This document shows, piece by piece, positions 1-12,500 of a stretch of DNA of 64,000 nt. The notes under the pieces were generated by a model. That model saw only the letters and a program-made list of their open reading frames with translations, did no database searches and was not told the DNA's origin. Position 1 is the stretch's first letter, and each line of letters opens with the position of its first letter. Both the position numbers and the translations under genes were made by a program. The DNA is from Nemertoderma westbladi (lineage: Eukaryota; Animalia; Xenacoelomorpha): positions 46,811 to 110,810 of the forward strand of contig JAUCBJ010002187.1 in assembly GCA_032718475.1 (NCBI GenBank), given 5' to 3'.

Positions 1-233
1 AAGACTCCAATTACATTCCATTTATATACTATCTATATTTTATAATTTATGTGTTTCAATATATTATTAAATACATGACTGGACTAGTTAATTATTTATT
101 TGAAAATAATTATTATTCTTGAGCAACAAGTTTGCCGTCGTATGAGGAGTCTATATTAACAAGCTGCATACACAAGTTGCTGTGTGTGACTAACTGGGGC
201 CTTACAAACAGGAGACTTTGTTATGTATTGCTA

Positions 234-238
234 TAGAG

Positions 239-269
<31 letters not shown>

Positions 270-1202
270 TGGACGCAAAACCCGCCTTGGCGAATTAATA
301 TCCCGCCTCAATGTTAAATTCTCAATTTAGGGAAAGGAGCAGGTTACAGTGGAATGTTATTTTAACCAAAACAATAAACTAAGCACAATAGAACAGGTTA
401 CAGTTTTATTTTAGAGAGTAATCAGCTGTTATTTGCGTCGAATTTCCGCTGGAGAGGGATGAATTTGTATTGCGTCCAGTTTCCCCCCCTATCTGATGTT
501 ATATATATGTTATTTATCGTACGCAGTTGTTGCAATAACGGCAATTGATACTAATAGATACTAATTGTATCAATATACCCCGGAAACCCCTATGTCTGAC
601 ATAATGTAACAAAATTACGTACATTATTGTAAGAAAAGGCCACCTTATCTGCGTTAAAGAACCTCATGAACATGAAGAAACCTCCCTAGCTGCGGTCGCT
701 TTGGTATATAAATAACACATTCGGGACATAACATTGGAAAGTGCTACTTATCACACAGTAGTTAGGTTAATGTTATAAATAATATTGTTGTAATTAGTTA
801 TTCATTAGATCAAGGCTATATTTAATAACAAAATCTTAAAGTACCGGTAATTAATAATAAAAAAAAAACAATATTAAATTTTTTATTTTTGTCTGTGTCA
901 TTATATAAAATGCAGATAGGGGAGGGGGAGGGGAGGGGGATGGGGGGGGGGGGGGGGGGGGCGATCAAATTCATCCCTCTCCAGGGGAATTTCGACGCAA
1001 ATAACAGCTGATTACTCCCAAAAATAAAACCTATAACCTGTCCTATTGACTTTAGTTAATTGTTTTGGTTAGAACGACGTGCTACTGTAACCTGCTCCTT
1101 TCCCTAAATTGGTAATAATTTAACATTGAGGCGGGATATTAATTAGCCGAGATGGGATTTGCGTCAAGTCATCCTCCCCCCCCCCCCCCCTACCCTATCT
1201 CA
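234..1202. mobile_element. Foldback non-autonomous DNA element with ~250-bp imperfect inverted arms and a TAG... terminus (Academ-like, tentative)
   Basis: 234-490 is the reverse complement of ~945-1202 (e.g. aatatcccgcctcaatgttaaat / atttaacattgaggcgggatatt); a related arm lies at 26472-26700. Confidence 0.65.
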
Positions 1203-1238
1203 TAAAATTACTTTTTTAAGGGTCACTCTAAAAACAAC

Positions 1239-1475
1239 TCTGCCGTGCAATGTAAAAAGGCCGTAAGTTGCAACATATACTATTAAAGGAAAAAGACAGT
1301 AAGTGCAATACAAAAGATCGCAACTACTTAACTTTATACAAAAAAACAGGAGAGTTATAAAAACTTAGCAATTAACGGACATTTTAAACCAACAATCTTA
1401 GGGCAAAACCTAATTTGCTTTTTCTCGAAATAATTTTTTTTTTACTTAAAAGGTCTTTTCACATTGCACGGCAGA
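1239..1475. mobile_element. Small MITE-like element
   Basis: Inverted ends TCTGCCGTGCAATGTAAAAAGGCC / GGTCTTTTCACATTGCACGGCAGA; no clear TSD. Confidence 0.5.
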
Positions 1476-2377
1476 CATTTATTGTTACTGTTGGTCGGCT
1501 GATCTGAATATCGCTAAATGTACCTAAAATAAATAAAAGCTAATTAGCCATAAAAATCTTAGTTAACAAATCAGCCTGTGCATGATCTATAGTTATTTAT
1601 AAATATGGCAACATAGCCTCTAATGACTACAGTCGGTTGGTGATACAAACACGGAGGAAAGACTGAAACGTCTGCTAAAAGACAATCAATAATCCTTTAA
1701 TGTAGATGAATAATTGGGGGGTTATGTCTGATTACAAACTGTTCAAGTGGTGCGTTGTTTACAAATACTTTATATTATTAGTAGAAATTAGTTTTTTTTA
1801 TTCAGTGAAAATAATTTTACTCTGAAATTGTGCTCTATGGCAAAAAGAAAGCGTTTTAATAGAGCTTCTTAACTAGTTAGAAATTAAAAAAATGTTTGTT
1901 CTTGAATTAAAAAAAAAATTCTTAATATTAAAATAAGATATTATTTCGACAAAGTAGCGATTTTAAAATGAAGTATTTTAAGAATGCCACTTCCTCAGTA
2001 AATACCATTAAATCGTTTAGAATAACTTTAATACGCTAACGTTTCGATATTGGAGTAAAACATTATGTTATTGGCGTCGCGAAATCCCCAAAAGGTATAA
2101 AAAAGGTAAAAAAACGTTTCCAGGTGGAACGATTGAAAAATTAGTTAATGAGAAATCTAAAGAAAGACAAAAGTAAAAACAAACAATACAGAAAAAATGT
2201 AGTAAAAATCTTAAATGAATAATTCCCAAAGCTGATGTAAAGCAATCCGTATAAAGTTATCGCTTCAGCCTCCAATTACTATATGTACCATTCGTTTCTA
2301 TATCGACGATTAAATTTGGCTGAAAGTCACTCCAATTTGGTGATTTAGTTAGTTAGTTAAATAAATTAGTTGCCGTT

Positions 2378-2450
2378 TTAAATGTGGAATAAATCTTTAG
2401 TGTTGCTTCTAACGGCGTCGAGAACCTCAGTGAGAGAAACGTTGCGATAT
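2378..2450 (-). CDS. TATDN2: TATDN2-like terminal exon (AYRNVSLTEVLDAVRSNTKDLFHI*)
   Basis: Acceptor tttttacag|A in phase 2; TatD C-terminal N...LF helix; TAA at 2378-2380. Confidence 0.88.
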
Positions 2451-2638
2451 CTGTAAAAAAGTGAGAAAATACGGGGAAATAAATTGGTGCAGAATGGACG
2501 TTAGATGGATGGTGATCAAAGGACATAGAAGAATGGACAGAGATGCCTGCATAGAGATAAATAAACCGATTGGATGGACAGAGTTCAATGGCCGGTGTTG
2601 AATGGACTAAGGAAAATTGACAGTGAGTTAATACTTAC

Positions 2639-2801
2639 GCTGCTATCTTCTCGGCAACACAAATAGCGTGTTGAGGTTCACTAGATGAACATGGAAACTG
2701 CCTCAACGGACTGAAATAGGGCGAATCTGTTTCTAATAGCAGACGGTTTAGAGGGACAGCCCTGACTGACTCTGGGGCCCAGGTAGCAGCGATGGGGAAC
2801 C
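2639..2801 (-). CDS. TATDN2: TATDN2-like exon (GFPIAATWAPESVRAVPLNRLLLETDSPYF...EKIA)
   Basis: Acceptor ctcttag|GG, donor GC|GTAAGT, phase 1/2; catalytic motif LLETDSPYF. Confidence 0.92.
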
Positions 2802-3300
2802 CTAAGAGATAAATAAACAAAACATTCGCTAAATAAAAGTTTCTACGTCCCAAGTATAAGGTAACGGATTCAGTACTGCATCAACCTACAACATGTGAGC
2901 AATAAATCTGAGCAAATCCCGCCATTGATGCAGCTGGTGATGCATGCAGTTTGCAGCAATGTCAGAATCATATTCCTAAAATTACTGTAAAAAAAGATTA
3001 TTATTAAGTCCTGAATCCCATGAATAAGCCACTATTCCCTCCCTTTAAACCATATTTCACATTTCAATGTAAAATATAATATGAATTTCTATATATATAA
3101 TTTACAACTGAATCTCCAGTCTGATAGACTAGCTGCTTGGATGGCGCACCTTGAGAAACTGACTGAATAATAATTGAGTGCTGGCTGATAACTAAACTGT
3201 GGGTCTTCCACAGCGCAGGAACAGATCCGACATACAATGCAGCCATGAATTAGGGATTTAATAATAGCGAACGGTGTAAAGTGTTGCGTTCGTTTCTCAC

Positions 3301-3452
3301 CTATAACGTTAGTGAATCCGAAATACATATTGGGAAAGGTTTGTAGAAGACCCCTGGCTGTGACAGCGTCGCCTGTGTAACAATGGCGATGGATGGGCCA
3401 ATCACGAGGTAGCTTCTCTTCTAGAATATTCTTACAGTCCTCCTCTGCGTTG
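3301..3452 (-). CDS. TATDN2: TATDN2-like exon (NAEEDCKNILEEKLPRDWPIHRHCYTGD...FPNMYFGFTNVI)
   Basis: Acceptor ttttacag|C, donor ATAG|GTGAGA, phase 2/1; motifs IHRHC(Y/F)TG and FPNM.xGFT. Confidence 0.92.
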
Positions 3453-4019
3453 CTGTAAAATAATTAATAGTGTTCTGAACCAATGTCGTCGGGAAATAAT
3501 ACATAATTATTACATTAAATAACAATATAGTACCAAAATTTATATCAAAAATTGAAAAGCCTTAGATGGAGTTATACGTTCTTTCAGGGATAATTTTGAT
3601 TTTGCGCCTTTTATAATATTTTTTATATTATAGATTGCAATAAATATCGTTCGCCACATATTATATTTAATAAATACACAACATTCTAGAACGTTATATA
3701 CATCTCAGGAATGCGTGTGTTACAACGGTATACAATTAATACAATGTACTTGTACTATTGAAAAGCTACACTAAAACACTACACTGTTCCTAAAAATGTT
3801 CCAGAACGTTGTGTGATTATTAAATAGAATGAAAAAAGTTATACTTTTTACCCCAAGTAATAAATAATATTTTTATAGCATCATGTTAATAAGTGAAAAT
3901 GTAGCGATTATTAAACAAAATTACGAATTATTAGAAAATATTAATGCACTACCCGTACCAACCTATCGATAGTAAAATATGATAACGACAACAACCTACC
4001 GACAGTATATACACTACGT

Positions 4020-5890
4020 CAACCTACCGACAGTGCACTACCTCAACCTACCGACAGTGCACTACCTCTAACCTACCGACAGTGCACTACCTCAACCTAC
4101 CGACAGTGCACTACCTCAACCTACCGACAGTGCACTACCTCAACCTACCGACAGTGCACTACCTCAACCTACCGACAGTGCACTACCTCAACCTACCGAC
4201 AGTGCACTACCTCAACCTACCGACAGTGCACTACCTCAACCTACCGACAGTGCACTACCTCTACCTACCGACAGTGCACTACCTCAACCTACCGACAGTG
4301 CACTACCTCAACCTACCGACAGTGCACTACCTCAACCTACCGACAGTGCACTACCTCAACCTACCGACAGTGCACTACCTCAACCTACCGACAGTGCACT
4401 ACCTCAACCTACCGACAGTGCACTACCTCAACCTACCGACAGTGCACTACCTCAACCTACCGACAGTGCACTACCTCAACCTACCGACAGTGCACTACCT
4501 CAACCTACCGACAGTGCACTACCTCAACCTACCGACAGTGCACTACCTCAACCTACCGACAGTGCACTACCTCTACCTACCGACAGTGCACTACCTCAAC
4601 CTACCGACAGTGCACTACCTCAACCTACCGACAGTGCACTACCTCAACCTACCGACAGTGCACTACCTCAACCTACCGACAGTGCACTACCTCAACCTAC
4701 CGACAGTGCACTACCTCAACCTACCGACAGTGCACTACCTCAACCTACCGACAGTGCACTACCTCAACCTACCGACAGTGCACTACCTCAACCTACCGAC
4801 AGTGCACTACCTCAACCTACCGACAGTGCACTACCTCAACCTACCGACAGTGCACTACCTCAACCTACCGACAGTGCACTACCTCAACCTACCGACAGTG
4901 CACTACCTCAACCTACCGACAGTGCACTACCTCAACCTACCGACAGTGCACTACCTCAACCTACCGACAGTGCACTACCTCAACCTACCGACAGTGCACT
5001 ACCTCAACCTACCGACAGTGCACTACCTCAACCTACCGACAGTGCACTACCTCAACCTACCGACAGTGCACTACCTCAACCTACCGACAGTGCACTACCT
5101 CAACCTACCGACAGTGCACTACCTCAACCTACCGACAGTGCACTACCTCAACCTACCGACAGTGCACTACCTCAACCTACCGACAGTGCACTACCTCAAC
5201 CTACCGACAGTGCACTACCTCAACCTACCGACAGTGCACTACCTCAACCTACCGACAGTGCACTACCTCAACCTACCGACAGTGCACTACCTCAACCTAC
5301 CGACAGTGCACTACCTCAACCTACCGACAGTGCACTACCTCAACCTACCGACAGTGCACTACCTCAACCTACCGACAGTGCACTACCTCAACCTACCGAC
5401 AGTGCACTACCTCAACCTACCGACAGTGCACTACCTCAACCTACCGACAGTGCACTACCTCAACCTACCGACAGTGCACTACCTCAACCTACCGACAGTG
5501 CACTACCTCAACCTACCGACAGTGCACTACCTCTACCTACCGACAGTGCACTACCTCAACCTACCGACAGTGCACTACCTCAACCTACCGACAGTGCACT
5601 ACCTCAACCTACCGACAGTGCACTACCTCAACCTACCGACAGTGCACTACCTCTACCTACCGATAATGCACTACCTCAACCTACCGACAGTGCACTACCT
5701 CAACCTACCGACAGTGCACTACCTCAACCTACCGACAGTGCACTACCTCAACCTACCGACAGTGCACTACCTCAACCTACCGACAGTGCACTACCTCAAC
5801 CTACCGACAGTGCATTACCTCAACCTACCGACAGTGCACTACCTCAACCTACCGACAGTGCACTACCTCTACCTACCGACAGTGCACTAC
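4020..5890. repeat. 24-bp minisatellite, ~78 near-perfect copies of CTACCTCAACCTACCGACAGTGCA
   Basis: Direct periodicity; the minus-strand unit GTAGTGCACTGTCG|GTAGGTTGAG is the exon end plus the intron start; degenerate copies extend to ~3945. Confidence 0.98.
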
Positions 5891-6036
5891 AACTGGTAAA
5901 TGACGTTTGCGCGCGAGATCTAAGAGTTTGCGGAACACTCGCTTCTGGTCTGCAACGGGACTGAAATTCTTGTAGTAGTCCAACCCTATCTCTCCTATTG
6001 CCACGCAACGGGGGTGTTTACAAGCTTCGTCTATGG
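5877..6036 (-). CDS. TATDN2: TATDN2-like exon (AIDEACKHPRCVAIGEIGLDY...LPVVVHCR)
   Basis: Acceptor tttttcag|CC, donor CG|GTAGGT, phase 1/2; TatD motifs GEIGLDY and HCR. Confidence 0.92.
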
Positions 6037-6092
6037 CTGAAAAATAATGATTATTATGATAAAATAAAATCAAATGCTTGTATGGTTACGAA

Positions 6093-8458
6093 AGTTTTAT
6101 TTAATTATTAAGACACAACAAGCGGGTAAAAACCGTACCGGTAGGTAACAAAACACAATAATTGAAATCAAACAACTTACCCTCCTCAGGAAAAATTTTC
6201 AAATTATTGTTTCTTTATTTCACCTAGAGCAGAATTTAATGAGGATTACAAATCTGAAAACCGCTTAGTGAGACCTCTTTCAGTTCTCGAGTTATCACTG
6301 TTTTTCCGTATGACGGTCTGTCCGTCAAATTGTAAGAAAGACAGAAGACCGACAGACACGACGACAGATAGACTAGATTCCACCGAAAATTAAAACTGAC
6401 ATCGGAAATGAAATCAGCGATCCCGAAAACCCCGTAATGAACATTTTAGCTCGTTGGTGTGCATCCTTCGTGCCAGAAATAATTAACCAACCAGAACACA
6501 GACAGCCAATTTTGGCGGGACGGTTTAAACTTTGAAGGGCATTTTCTCGGAATGATATTTTTCATTTTCAAATTACTACTCCTCCGTCATTTTTCAACCA
6601 ATTTTCTTCGTTTATGGCTCATTCGAACTAGCTTTGGAAGCTCTTTAAAAGTTATCTTATGAAATTTTGATAAATATTACCATTTTTTCTAATTAGCCAT
6701 TTTTAATTAAAAATATGATAATTAATTAATTTAATTAATTAATTAAAATAAAATTGGCTAATTAAAAATTATATAAGATAACTTTTGTAGAGTCGATCAC
6801 GCTGAGTCGTCCAAAAAAGTTGGTTTCAAGAAATTTGGACTAAAATTAGCAATTTTAGTGAAATCTTTAATTCCGCCACCAGCCTCTAGGGGAGGCTACA
6901 AATTTTCAAATTTTACTATAAAGGCTATTTGGCCTTCCATACAGTGGTTGACCATGACAAAATAGCAATATTATCATTTAACACTAATTGACAGCCATTT
7001 CAAAAAAAAAGGTTACCCCCCCCCCCCCCCTTAACCGTTGCATGCAAACTGCTGAACTGTGAGCACATCACAGACACCCTCGGGTTCGCCCAAAAGGAGG
7101 GCTTTATCAGGTTAACAAGGTACAGTAGCTAATTTGACACGGTCAAGAAGACAGAACAGTAGTGTGGATAAAAAAAAAAAGGGGGGGGGGGGGGGGGAGG
7201 GGTTCACGGAAATTCCTCACTGGGAAGCTCAGAGAGGTCAATGGCCTTCACCCCAACTTAAGATTCACTCTTGATTAGGAGGTGGATTGCCATTTGCCTT
7301 TCCTTGATATGCTAGTAAACCGAAGTGACCATGCAATCTCAACCGAGTGGTACAGGAAACCTACAGACACTGGGCTGGTTCTCAATGCCACGTCTTGTGC
7401 CCCTGAGTCCTATAAACGTGGTGTAAATGGATCCCAGTTCAACTCTACAGTGGTTGTTGCGAAGAATATTCTCCGTGACAACCAGTATTCTGATGCGATG
7501 GTTCACCGCGAGCTGGCTGCTGCTGTACGGGACTCTAGGGAAAGTGTTGACATTGAGAGTGGTGTGGATGGTTTTAACGGTGCATCATTCACTGATGAGG
7601 AAGTTGATGACCTTGATCAGCCAGCACCCACCGACACTTCCAGACTAATTGTCTGTAAGTTTGACTCTGTAAGAGTGATTGAGTTATTGGTCCGGATGTA
7701 TTATTATTTTTATATTATTATATAATATTTAATTATATTATTATTCCAAGGTGTTGTTCACGTCCTGTGAGGTTTGTTTATACAACAACCAAATTAAAAT
7801 AAGTCCTTCCTACCCTCTCTGAAACACGAGGTTCCTGACATTCTGGCTACTAACGTCGTTTATTCGTTTACTTGTCCCTCTTGTAAGGGGGAATATGTTG
7901 GACATACGATCCAGCACTTGTTTGAACGCGTTAGACAGCGCATCAGGACGGGTCTGTTACAGATGGTAGCACCCAGGGCAAGACTGTTCACAATCATATC
8001 ATGGAGCACCACGACGAGCCTAATACGCGCTGGCTTACTGACTGGCTTGAGTTGTTTCAGCATTTTCGTGTTCTGGCACGATATCCCCAGCGGGTTGTTT
8101 TACAGAAACTGGTGATGTTTTACATTCACACCCGCCGGCCTGTGATTAATAAGCAGAAGCGTGATTGGCGCAAGTTTGTGGTGCTGCTTCCCAGTGAGGA
8201 ATTTCCGTGAACCCCCCTTTTTTTTATCCGCACTACTGTACTCGCATTTCTGTCTTCTTGGCCGTGTAAAATTAGCTACTGTACCTTATTAACCTGATAA
8301 AGCCCTCCTTTTGGGCGAACCCGAGGCTGTCTGTGATGTGCACACAGTTCAGCAGTTTGCATGCAACGGTTAAGTTGTTTGATTTCAATTATTGTGTTTT
8401 GTTACCTACCGGTACGGTTTTTACCCGCCTGTTGTGACTTAATAATTAAATAAAACTA
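6093..8458 (+). mobile_element. Decayed 5'-truncated Penelope-like retroelement with inverted pseudo-LTR arms, inside a TATDN2 intron
   Basis: RT C-terminal motif LPFLDML...TEWYRKPTDTGLVL...S.AP..YK (7282-7420); GIY-YIG motif NVVYSFTCPSCKGEYVGHTIQHLFERVRQ (~7850-7940); 6093-6178 plus 7031-7228 are the reverse complement of 8186-8458. Confidence 0.85.
6180..7030. mobile_element. ~850-bp insertion splitting the left Penelope arm at a TTAA site (TTAA-targeting non-autonomous element, Kolobok- or piggyBac-like, tentative)
   Basis: Removing it restores aacaacttaaccgttg, matching the right arm; related sequence (gaaatgaaatc..gaaaacccc, acag repeats, ...ccccccttaa end) occurs at ~32350-33161. Confidence 0.55.
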
Positions 8459-8761
8459 TTGTTATGATATGAATAATTAATAGTGATCATTTTTTGAATG
8501 ATTTTGATTATCTGCTTTTTATCTGCTATGTTTGTAGTTGGAATTTAAGGTAGAGTTAATGTAATGATATTACTCTGTTAGAAGTCCATTCCTCAGTGGC
8601 AATTCGGATATCGTCTGTTTTATTTTATTTGCAGATAGTAAAATACAGTCTGCTTTGTAATTTCCATTTCACTATTTGATTAAATAGTCAATAAATAATA
8701 TAGATAAATATATAAATAGATAACTCAGTGCCCTATAACGGTAGTGATAAAATCGCCCTAC

Positions 8762-8914
8762 CTTTTAGAAACTCGTCGTTAAAGAACCTCGCGTTGTTGG
8801 GATGGCAACCGAAGGCACCCCAGACTGTACGTTGGGTCTCCAGGAACAACTGCCGCCATAGAGGGACCCGCTGGCCAATCAGGGCAATAGGACTACAGAA
8901 TATTGATATACAAC
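8762..8914 (-). CDS. TATDN2: TATDN2-like exon (GCISIFCSP...VWGAFGCHPNNARFFNDEFLK)
   Basis: Acceptor tattccag|GT, donor AAAG|GTAGGG, phase 1/1; GCIS.FC.P and VWGAFGCHP match the TATDN2 subfamily as I recall it. Confidence 0.92.
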
Positions 8915-9531
8915 CTGGAATACAGCCAATAAAATCCAACTACAGAAACTGGTTAACCAATCCAATGTATCCGTTACCATCTGGTGAACCAATGAAATGC
9001 AACGGAGTAAACTGTCGATGATCATTCAAAATAAAATATAATAATTTACATCATTGTGTGGAAATAGTACTTTTCGGCGTTCTATGACCCGAGTATATTT
9101 ATCTACCGAGAGAGTTCAGTGCAGGAGGCTTTACATAAATAAACAAGGGTCTTTAACGCTGATAGCCTTTTCATACAATGCTGCGTAATTTTGTTTCATT
9201 ATGTGAACATAGGGGTTCTGAATGCTTAATTAATTATTCACTCTAATATGTTTAGGAATATTGGTAAAATTTATATCAATTTAATTTATGTAATTAATAC
9301 AGTTTTACATCAACTGTACGGCAAACAATCTAGCATTGGAAGTGTTCCGCGATTGTTTCTAAGTATTTGATTACTTTTGGAGTCCCTGGCCTTATAAGCA
9401 GCGCTGCAAAGTGGCACTTTGCAGTTTTTTTCGCGGTTAATGAATATGTTAGAGAGTTGATAAGTTGACCTAATGTAACAAATATATTTAAATAATAACT
9501 TAAAGTTAATAAACACGAATTGAACTCTCAC

Positions 9532-12500
9532 CTTCATAGTTATCAGGACACCCAACTAGTTGTAGGAATGCAGTAAAGGTTCCTTTATATTTCTTCTTTC
9601 TATATAGTAGATCTATATGGCAGTGTGTGTCTATATATCGACGATTCTCACATTGTGACAGACTGTAATTAGATAGAAGACGTGAGGACGCTTTGATCAT
9701 CTCTTCATTGTCATCTTGCAAGGTGCTACCAGAATCAAAGCTCCAATCAGCCTCCTCCCATTGTATAACAGCAGAAGGGGACCCGGTGGCATCGGAAATT
9801 GCCACAGTGGAACCAGATGCGGACCCAGTGGCAGTGGGTACTGACACAATGGCACCAGAAACGGCTACAGTGGCACTGGATGCGGACACAGTGGCACGGG
9901 AAACTGCGACAGTCGCGCTGGACTCGGGCACAGTGGAACCCGAAGCGGACACGGTGCCCCCAGAAACCTGGAGAAATCGCATGAGACAATTTGAAACGCT
10001 CTCTGAGGCACCGATCTGACCAGAAGCCTCCTTCATGTTGCCTTTGGATTTAGGAGCACCCGACGATGATGTTGATACATTATCACTACCTGTTTCTAGA
10101 ATAGCTGTTACCGTTTCGATACCTGGTTCGAAATCCTCTGGTACTTGGAGCAATGTATGCCAACGTTCCAAAGATCTCTTATCCGATAGGAAGTTGGCGG
10201 TTTCTAACGCGTCCGATTTCTTGTCGCGGTGTTCTTCAGGAACAGCATTATGAGTGGAGGTAACAGCGGCAGGCTGCGGGTAATAACCAACACTAGGTAT
10301 ACCAGAATGCGGATGAGGCACAGGAGTGACAGCAGGAATCGGGACACCATTCAATCCATGTGCTTGGCCTGATACAGCAGTAGTGTTGCTACTCCCTGTG
10401 TCCCATCTGGAAACCCTCACGTTCTCCTCCCTTGGTAATTTTCCTTCGTACGCGAAATTAAAGTCCTGATGATACGTGGAGGTCTTATCTTGTTTAGTAA
10501 ACCTATATGGCATACTTGAATACCCCGAATGAAAGTTAGAACTGCTATTTATTTCATCTTCACTTGATCGTATATATGAATCATTAGGAAAATCACCGTG
10601 GGAACTAGATGGTCTAACATGTCTCGGTGCTAACTGGGGTCTTTGATAATGAACCGCGTGTGCCAGTGAACCACGTGATGGTCTACTCGGTATATTGTAA
10701 GGCATTTGATCTGGTCTTGCATATGGTATCCGATTACAGTGATCTGGTCTAGGATGGGGATTCCGATGAGATGGATCCAGTTTAGGATGGGGAGTCCGAT
10801 AAGGAAACGATGGTCGCGGGAATCTAATATCGAGGAGATTAGGAGGATTACACATCCTGGGATTAAACGTGCGTTGGGATCCCCTTAAGTTGGGAACATC
10901 ATTTGGTGTATTTCGTCGATTTGCCAGAGTTGCTGGGTTAAATTGTTTTTTGCAGACATTGCAGTAACGTTCGGCAAACTTTGGTGTATAAGAACAGCAA
11001 CAGTATGATGGACTGGAAAAGTGTGAAGGTTTAGGGTGGTCTTTGAATGGAGGATTAGCTATGCAACTTGAGTCTTGAAATGGTGGATTAACTGGACGAG
11101 TAACTCCATAATTTGAATTATTACAAGGAGAAGCAAACGAAGGAGTTTGTAATAGACTACCTTTCCTAAGGACTTCTGCTACATGAGATTTAAGTGGTCT
11201 AGATTGCGAAGTAGTACAATAATGTATTGGATCCATTGCAAGTTCTCTATATGAGACAGGACAATATTGACTTGTACTTATATTAGTTGCAGTGTCGTTC
11301 GGTTCAGTGATAGTGGTCGTGGTGTATGGAGAATCGTTCCAAAATTGGAAGGAGCGGAGAACAGAATGATTGTCTGCACTGCTTGACATACCGGAATATG
11401 ATACATCTTGGGGCTTGTTCTCAATTTTATTCCTAGGGAGAGACTCTTGAGATAATGACTCTTTATCATATGGAGACTCTTGAGATAATGACTCATTATT
11501 TACATTTACATGTAAAGTTGTATCACCTTGAATAAATTCCGCTTGTTTACTAAGTACTTCGAACGACTTTAAATCGGCATCATCCAAGTGGAGTTTTGTT
11601 ATTGGATTTCCAACGAGTAGTGAAAGTCTCAGCTGATTCCACCTAATATCCAGAGGGTAACTTGCAACATCTTTCTTTATAGGGCAATTTATAATATAGT
11701 CCTTAGCTTTCACGCATGGCGGTATTGGTATGTCGATATTACCTCGACGTATAAGATATACATGTTCGGCGTCTGTATGAGGCCCGGAACATTTAGAACA
11801 GATGTTATTATATGGGCAATCGACCTCTTTGTGACCCTTAAGACCACATTTGGTACAATTCCAGAAGGGCGAGGAAACGCCTGAATCAATATTTGAATGG
11901 TTGGAGGCTGGTGTTAGCACAGATGATGCAGAACTTTGCGACTGTTCCTTGTGTTGTGTGCACATGGTGAGGGGGTGGGCTCCAAAACATATTGAGCACA
12001 CATGGAACTTGGGGCAATCCGAATTGAAACACTCAGTCTTATTGTTATATGAGTCACAAATATCTTCATTATTTAAATCGTGTATTTTACGATAGGCCTG
12101 AAAATAAGGACACCACGAGGTTCTGTGCTCTTTGTCTCCACAGAGTAAACATCTACAAAGAGTAATACTGTGATCGCCATTGCAATAAATACACTGATGA
12201 CTGCAACTGCACAATGAACTACTGCAACAGGTTTTGCCAATGCCATTATAATCAAAACAAGGTAATGTTGTAGGAGTAAACTTTATAAACAAATCAGGAC
12301 ACATTGTTGTTTTATGAAACTCTGAACCACAGTATTGACAAGGACATGACTTAGCAGAATGAAAACCACTACAAATTGAACAGACATGGTGATAATTACA
12401 GGTAGTGTCAGTACACGAACCTTCCTTATCATTGTAATTAAGACATACTGAATGCAGTTTTAATATTGCTTTATTGTTTTCTTTAAAGTATTTGCATTGA

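Noticed and set aside
1612-1678. Hammerhead-like sequence (CTAATGA...CAGTC/GACTG...GAAACGTC)
   Set aside because: Core mismatch (CUAAUGA), poor stem geometry and no viable stem III.
4082-5899. 605-aa plus-strand ORF (VHYLNLPT)n
   Set aside because: A by-product of a stop-free 24-bp repeat antisense to the TATDN2 intron; GTG start, no unique sequence, near-zero synonymous variation.
7655-7750. Possible retained intron in the Penelope-like ORF (GTAAGT...CCAAG)
   Set aside because: Splicing at these sites gives a stop and does not join the frame leading to the GIY-YIG motif; more likely an AT-rich insertion or decay.
2378-9640. Bacterial tatD or horizontal transfer
   Set aside because: Five spliceosomal introns within the domain and TATDN2-subfamily motifs indicate a native eukaryotic gene.
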